This document shows, piece after piece, positions 58,989-64,000 of a DNA stretch of 64,000 nucleotides. Under the pieces are notes generated by a model. The model was not told the origin of the DNA. It saw only the letters and a program-made list of their open reading frames with translations, and did no database searches. The stretch is from Methanomassiliicoccaceae archaeon (GTDB taxonomy: Archaea > Thermoplasmatota > Thermoplasmata > Methanomassiliicoccales > UBA472): NCBI GenBank assembly GCA_963806355.1, contig CAWDXN010000005.1:57980-121979 (forward strand), written 5' to 3'. Made by a program: the position numbers and the translations under genes. How positions within the stretch are numbered: the first letter of the stretch is position 1; each line of letters opens with the position of its first letter.

Positions 58989-59775
58989 ATGCCGAGAAAG
59001 ACAACGGGTGCAAGGACTTCTAGAAAGGCCAAGAAGGAACCCTCCCCAACCGAGGGAATGGCCGATGTGGTTAACGAACAGGAGGCGATCGTCGAGAGCA
59101 TCGAGGTCGTGGAGAACGCTCCCATGGAGACGGAGAGCGTAGAGGAGGCTTCGTCAGACAATGCGGAGAATGTCGAGGCAGTGGCCGAACCAGAACCTGT
59201 TGCGGAAGAGGTCGTGGCAGAACCATTGGCTGAGATGCCTAAGACCCGCAAGCGCGCTCCGAGGAAGAAGAAGGAACCCATAACCCAAGAGGTCGAGCTA
59301 TCCATCCCAGTCGAGGTGATCCCACCCCCGCGAGAGGAGGCCGAGTTGGAGAAGCCCGCAGTGGAGGTACCGGCGGTCAAGAAACGGGGAGGGCGCAAAA
59401 AGGCGGTCAAGAGCGTTGTGACCCAGGCACGTTCCCGGTTCGGCTGGTGCGAGATAAACGGGATAAGGCATGAACATGACCTCATCATGAAAGCAGATGG
59501 AACCGTGGAACGCCGCGACAAGTCGTTGTCGAAGGACAAGAAGGACAAGTACGGCCACGTACCCCTGACCAGGAAGGAGCTCAAGACGCTTTTGGACGAC
59601 AAGGTCAAACTGGTGTTCATCGGAACGGGCCAGAGCGGAGGCATGCCCATAACGCCCAAGGCTGAGCAAGATGCTCGAGGAGATGAATGCGGTGGTCAAG
59701 CCCACCCCCGATGTGATCGAGGAGATGTTGGCGGCGAAGGAGAAGTTCGTGGCCCTGATCCACGTGACCTGCTGA
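58989..59775 (+). CDS. Low-complexity N-terminus fused to Mth938-like domain; frameshift near 59668
   Basis: FG.CEING..HEHD, HVPL, VFIGTGQSG, PTP, C-terminal ALIHVTC. Confidence 0.75.
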
Positions 59776-59824
59776 AAGGTCCGTGTTGACCGGGCGATCT
59801 TCGACTCGATGGACATGAGGTAGG

Positions 59825-60407
59825 ATGACCTTGGACCGTGACAAGGTGCTCAGGGCAGTGGAACAAAGGTCCCGGGATCTTCCTGGGGTGATCGATTTCC
59901 GATACCTCGATAAGGGGTTCAAGGACGACCTCGTCGCCTTGGAACGATCGGCCGAGGACAACGGTGCCTGCGGAGGGCTCATGCCTTTCGTCAACACGGG
60001 GGTCTGGAAGGCATTGGACCGCAGACACGGGTTCGTGCTTGTGGTCGACTCATCGATGATGATCCTTTCGCCGACCAGGGATGTGGTCTACATTGCGGAC
60101 CAGGAGGGACAGATCGTCGGTGAGTACCTGACACCGTCGCGCCGGGGGGAGATCCAGGACCGGGATGATGTTTGTTTCCTGAGCGAGGACTTCATCTTCT
60201 ACCTGAACGTTGTCCCGAAAGGGGAGCCTTACTTCGTGCTCCCTCCGATCCCATTCCATTTCCTTGATGATATCTCGGGTGTCAAAGAGGTGACCTCTGG
60301 GTCCATCTCCACCCTAGCGGACGATATGATCAGGGAACGGCTTAGGATATACCCAGACCAGGCACTGGACGCACCTGGTAGGGTTCAATATCGAGGACGA
60401 GGACTGA
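59825..60407 (+). CDS. Conserved hypothetical protein; frameshift near 60345
   Basis: GAGGT SD; ENGACGGLMPFVNTGVW-type motif; host-like codon usage. Confidence 0.65.
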
Positions 60408-60539
60408 GGGGGGCTTTCCATAAATGAATGAAGATATGGTGATGGTCGCACCATCATAATTGCAAAGTCTTTTATGTTTGGATTAATTATAATTAATTTA
60501 ACGCAAGTGACACTGGTCGTGCGCCAGGGGGAGGATGTC

Positions 60540-60725
60540 GTGGCAAGCAAATTGGCTATTAAGGTGGGTCTTGGCTCTTCAGCAGCTGTGGCCTTGCTCA
60601 TAACCAGCTACATCCTCGTCTATCACTCCGAGGTCCTTGGCATATCCCCGGCCTGGGATGTGAACTCCTTCCAGGTATGGTACCAGACCGCCTCGATCAA
60701 GGTAAGGACATTGCTGTCCGAGTGA
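60540..60725 (+). CDS. Small single-TM hypothetical protein
   Basis: GGAGGA SD before GTG; hydrophobic segment. Confidence 0.55.
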   Translation: MASKLAIKVGLGSSAAVALLITSYILVYHSEVLGISPAWDVNSFQVWYQTASIKVRTLLSE

Positions 60726-60792
60726 GACCATCTTAGGCCAGTCAATTTTCCCTTGATAGTTTTTTATCGTCCAGCGCATATCGGGCCAGTGG

Positions 60793-62090
60793 ATGAGAAA
60801 AGCCCGTTTCCCTGCCACCCCCCAGGACCGGATGAACGCGATATTGCGACATGTTTGCGACCAGCAGTTCCATGTCGTGATGGAGTTCCAGGCTAGGTTG
60901 GACGAGAAGGTCCTGGAAAGGGCGGTGAGGCATATCTTGCTCTCAGAACCGGAACTGGGTTGGAGATGGGTCGAGATACCTAGACCGGGTTGGAGGGCCA
61001 GACAGAACTTGGATTCATTACCTTTGTTCATGTTGATCGAATCAACGGACCCTCAGGAGGAGTTGGGCGTTTTCCTCACAACACCATCCGACCCTGGGGC
61101 TGACCCATTGATACAGGTCAGGCTGTTCCGTGGAAAGGAGGACATCCTTGCCTTGAAGGTCAATCATGTCGTCTGTGACGCGATCGGTGCCAAGGAGGTC
61201 GCTTACCAACTGTCCGAGGCGTACGATCATTTGCTGCGGAATGAGACGCCGTCCGGACCTCCGAAGCGACCCCAGGACCGATCCATGAGACCTATTTGGA
61301 GAAAGGTTGAACTGCGGGACCGATGGAGACTACGCCGCACAGCCCTGAATAGGATAAGAAAGCCAGAGAGGCCCACCAGTCAATGGTGCCTTCCCTTCAC
61401 CAGTAGAGAGACGAAAAACAGATCGATGTTGGTAAAGAGATTCGATTCCAACCGTTCCCAGTGCATATTCGACCATTGCCATTCCAACAAGGTGACCGTC
61501 GATGACCTTTTCCTGGCCGTCCTTTTCGAGTCGCTTTTTGAGACCATAAGACCGAAGCAGGGGGTTCCTGTTCCGATCCAAGTGGCGGTCGACCTGAGGC
61601 GTTTCGCTCCTGAGGCGGGACAGAAAGTGGCCAACCTCGATGGGGCGTTATTCCCTCGGTTTTCAGATGGAGGATGCCTCGGACCCGGAGAGGTTCCTCT
61701 TGAACGTCCACCATTTCATGGAAGCACAAAAGCAGAACGATTCGGCTTTGGTAAGCGTCCCATTACATCGAAATGACCTATGGCCTTTTACCATTCAATC
61801 TGACCAAGAGGAAGGTCGAGGAAGGTTATGAGGAAATGGTCAAGAGAAGGTCTCTGCCACCATTGTTCTACAATGTGGGTGTCCTAGAGGAGGGGCGATT
61901 GCACTTCGGTGACAAAGTTCCAACTGATTGCTACTTGACAGTACCCCTCGCTTACCCACCTATGCTCATCTTGGGATTGAGCAGTTACCAAGGGCGGTTC
62001 ACGCTGAGCATCGGATTCTGCTCTTATGGGACCGATAAGAAGGACATCGAAAGATTGTTCGATCTGATGGACTCCAAACTTCCGTCATAA
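60793..62090 (+). CDS. Stand-alone condensation-domain / CoA-dependent acyltransferase-fold protein; frameshifts near 61670 and 61770
   Basis: LDEKVLERAV, PLIQVRLF, NHVVCDAIG (HHxxxDG-like), TVDDLFLA, VDLRRF. Confidence 0.75.
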
Positions 62091-62295
62091 CTTCTCCTTT
62101 CATATTTCGCAACTAGAACTTTATTATTCCAAGCTCTCCTTCAATGGTCATTTTTATCGCTAACCTTGAGGTAGGCTTTTGATCTTGAACCCGGGGAATC
62201 AGCTCCCCTTCACGGATCTGAGGAGGAAATGGCCATCGTCTCGAGCATTCTATTGATTATAGAAAAGGAAGGGTCGAGATGACCAGGTCTGTCTT

Positions 62296-62339
62296 TGAAA
62301 AATAAAAATATGGGAAATGGGAAGGGCACCAGGCCCTTC
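62296..62339 (-). terminator. Hairpin plus T-rich tract after second Cys-rich gene
   Basis: GAAGGGC-N5-GCCCTTC then T runs on minus strand. Confidence 0.7.
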
Positions 62340-62360
62340 CGTTGTTAGCGTTTAGTCCCT

Positions 62361-64000
62361 TCAGTATCGGCACGGAGGTGGCTGGCAGGCGGGGTCAAAG
62401 ACATAGACCGCCCATCCATCGCCCCAGGTGGTCGAGACACCGTGGTAGCTTCCGTGCGCGCAGGCATAGTTGTTCAGCTCACCGCAGGAGGCACCCAACA
62501 GGTAGTCCGCCGGAATGTGAACTGGACAGAGAACACCCAGTGCTCGCCGACCTCTAGGACGTCGTTCTCCTCGTTCACATCATCCGCCAGGTAGAACCAG
62601 GCGGTGACGTGGAACTTCTCGAAGAGCGGGTCATAGACGTAGACGTTCTCCAGGGGGACCTCGCCATCGTTCCACACATTGAAGGTGAAGGTGATGGTTG
62701 TCCCGACCTGGGCGCTCTCTGGACCGGTCTTTATGATCTTGATCGATTCGTTCAGGATCTCGACTTTCCAGGTCGCCTGGTCTAGGTCGTAGCACTTGTC
62801 GCACATGGTCCAGGTCCCATTGACGTACACGGTGTTGTAGATCACGGCGCCAGGGTTGCACAGAGGCACATCATAGCTGTAGGTCGTCACGTTGGTGGCG
62901 CCCTTCGCTACTGGTATGACCTTGTCCAGACCGATCAAGACGTCCTGCACATGGACGTTGAGGTCCACATTGCCGATGTTCATGATGGTTATGGTGTAGG
63001 TGATCTTCTCGCCTCCGACCGCAACCTCCGGACCGGACTTCACGACCTCGACATCCGGCCTAGCCACGAACACACAGCTCTCGGCCTTGCCCTCCAAGAT
63101 GCAGTGCCCGTCGTTGAACGTATCAGCAACGACGCAAACGGTGTTGCAGACCGTGTCACTTGGGACAGTGCACAAAGCGGAGACTAGGCCATCGGTGTCA
63201 TAAGAAACGGTCTGTGGACCATTCCTTACCGACCTCGATGCAGACGTTCTTCCACTCCTGACCAGTCAATGGGTCCGTGATGGTAACGTTCTTCAGGTCG
63301 ACGTTGCCGGTGTTCTTCACGGTGATCGTCCACACGATGCAGTCGCCGTAGCAGACGTACTCTGGACCGCACTTGGTCACCTCGAAGCTGGGCAAGGCCA
63401 CGAACACGCAGTCCTTGTCATCATCGGAGACCTTGACGGTCTTGTAGAATCCATCCGCGTAAACGATGTTGCATAGAGCGTAGGTTTTGTTCCAGGGGCT
63501 GTCCTTGGTCACTAGATAGTCGGCGGTCATGAACTTTGACTCGCCGATCTTCAAGTCCCCGACGTTCCAGCTATCGCCGGTCAGGGGATCGTTGACGACC
63601 ACACCGGTCAAGTTGACGTTACCGGTGTTCTTGACCTCGATGGACCAGTTGACCCAGTGTCCCAAGGCGGTCATGGTCGGCTCCCAGCACTTGTATACCT
63701 GGATGCAGGGCTTGGCCACGAACACGGTGGTGTTGTCTGTGTCGTTCACGGTGGTGTCGGTGACATCATCGCCAGTGACGATCGCCACGTTCTTGAAGGA
63801 GTTGCCCTCGAACGGGTCGGGGATCGTGTAGCTGGCGTTGAACTGTACCACGGCTCCAACGGCCATGTAGCCGATGTAGTGGTACCAGTCGGCACCGAGC
63901 AACGCGTCAGTGACGTTCACGTTGTACAGCGGCAGGTTACCGTTGTTGGTCACGGTGAAGTTGAACTCGATTACCTCACCAGGTGAAGCTTCTGCGGGGC
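62361..64000 (-). CDS. 3' part of a second Cys-rich DUF11-like repeat surface protein (5' end outside window); frameshifted
   Basis: Same K.GP....G..i.y.i.v.N.GNV.L..V.v.D repeats; manual translation ends DPACQPPPCRY-stop at 62361. Confidence 0.8.

Overview
Chromosomal segment of a GC-rich methanogenic archaeon, most likely Methanomassiliicoccales (inferred from rpoE1-spt4-DUF359-rps24e, deoxyhypusine synthase, archaeal RNase P RNA, the methanogenesis-marker operon mmp3-6-5-15-17-7, DUF835/KaiC-like proteins). Many genes, including essential ones, are broken by 1-nt indels, so the assembly looks error-prone and split ORFs are treated as single genes. Mostly housekeeping (H+-PPase, tmk, msrA, paaK, nrdJ, trpB2, cop cluster, tRNA-Leu, rnpB) plus three surface proteins (FN3 adhesin, two Cys-rich Ig/DUF11-like repeat proteins). 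Best candidate for an undescribed system: a secreted precursor made of 13 synonymously diversified copies of [V/A]IPGVDPH (41844-42260) lying tail-to-tail with a wHTH-STAND-NTPase-TPR regulator (39090-41780). A palindrome TATC-N6-GATA occurs five times upstream of the peptide gene and again upstream of the regulator, surface-protein genes and a putative small RNA, suggesting a peptide-signalling (quorum-sensing-like) regulon. This is inference from architecture only. Two unannotated structured RNAs (about 22724-22850 and 51740-52033) were also found.
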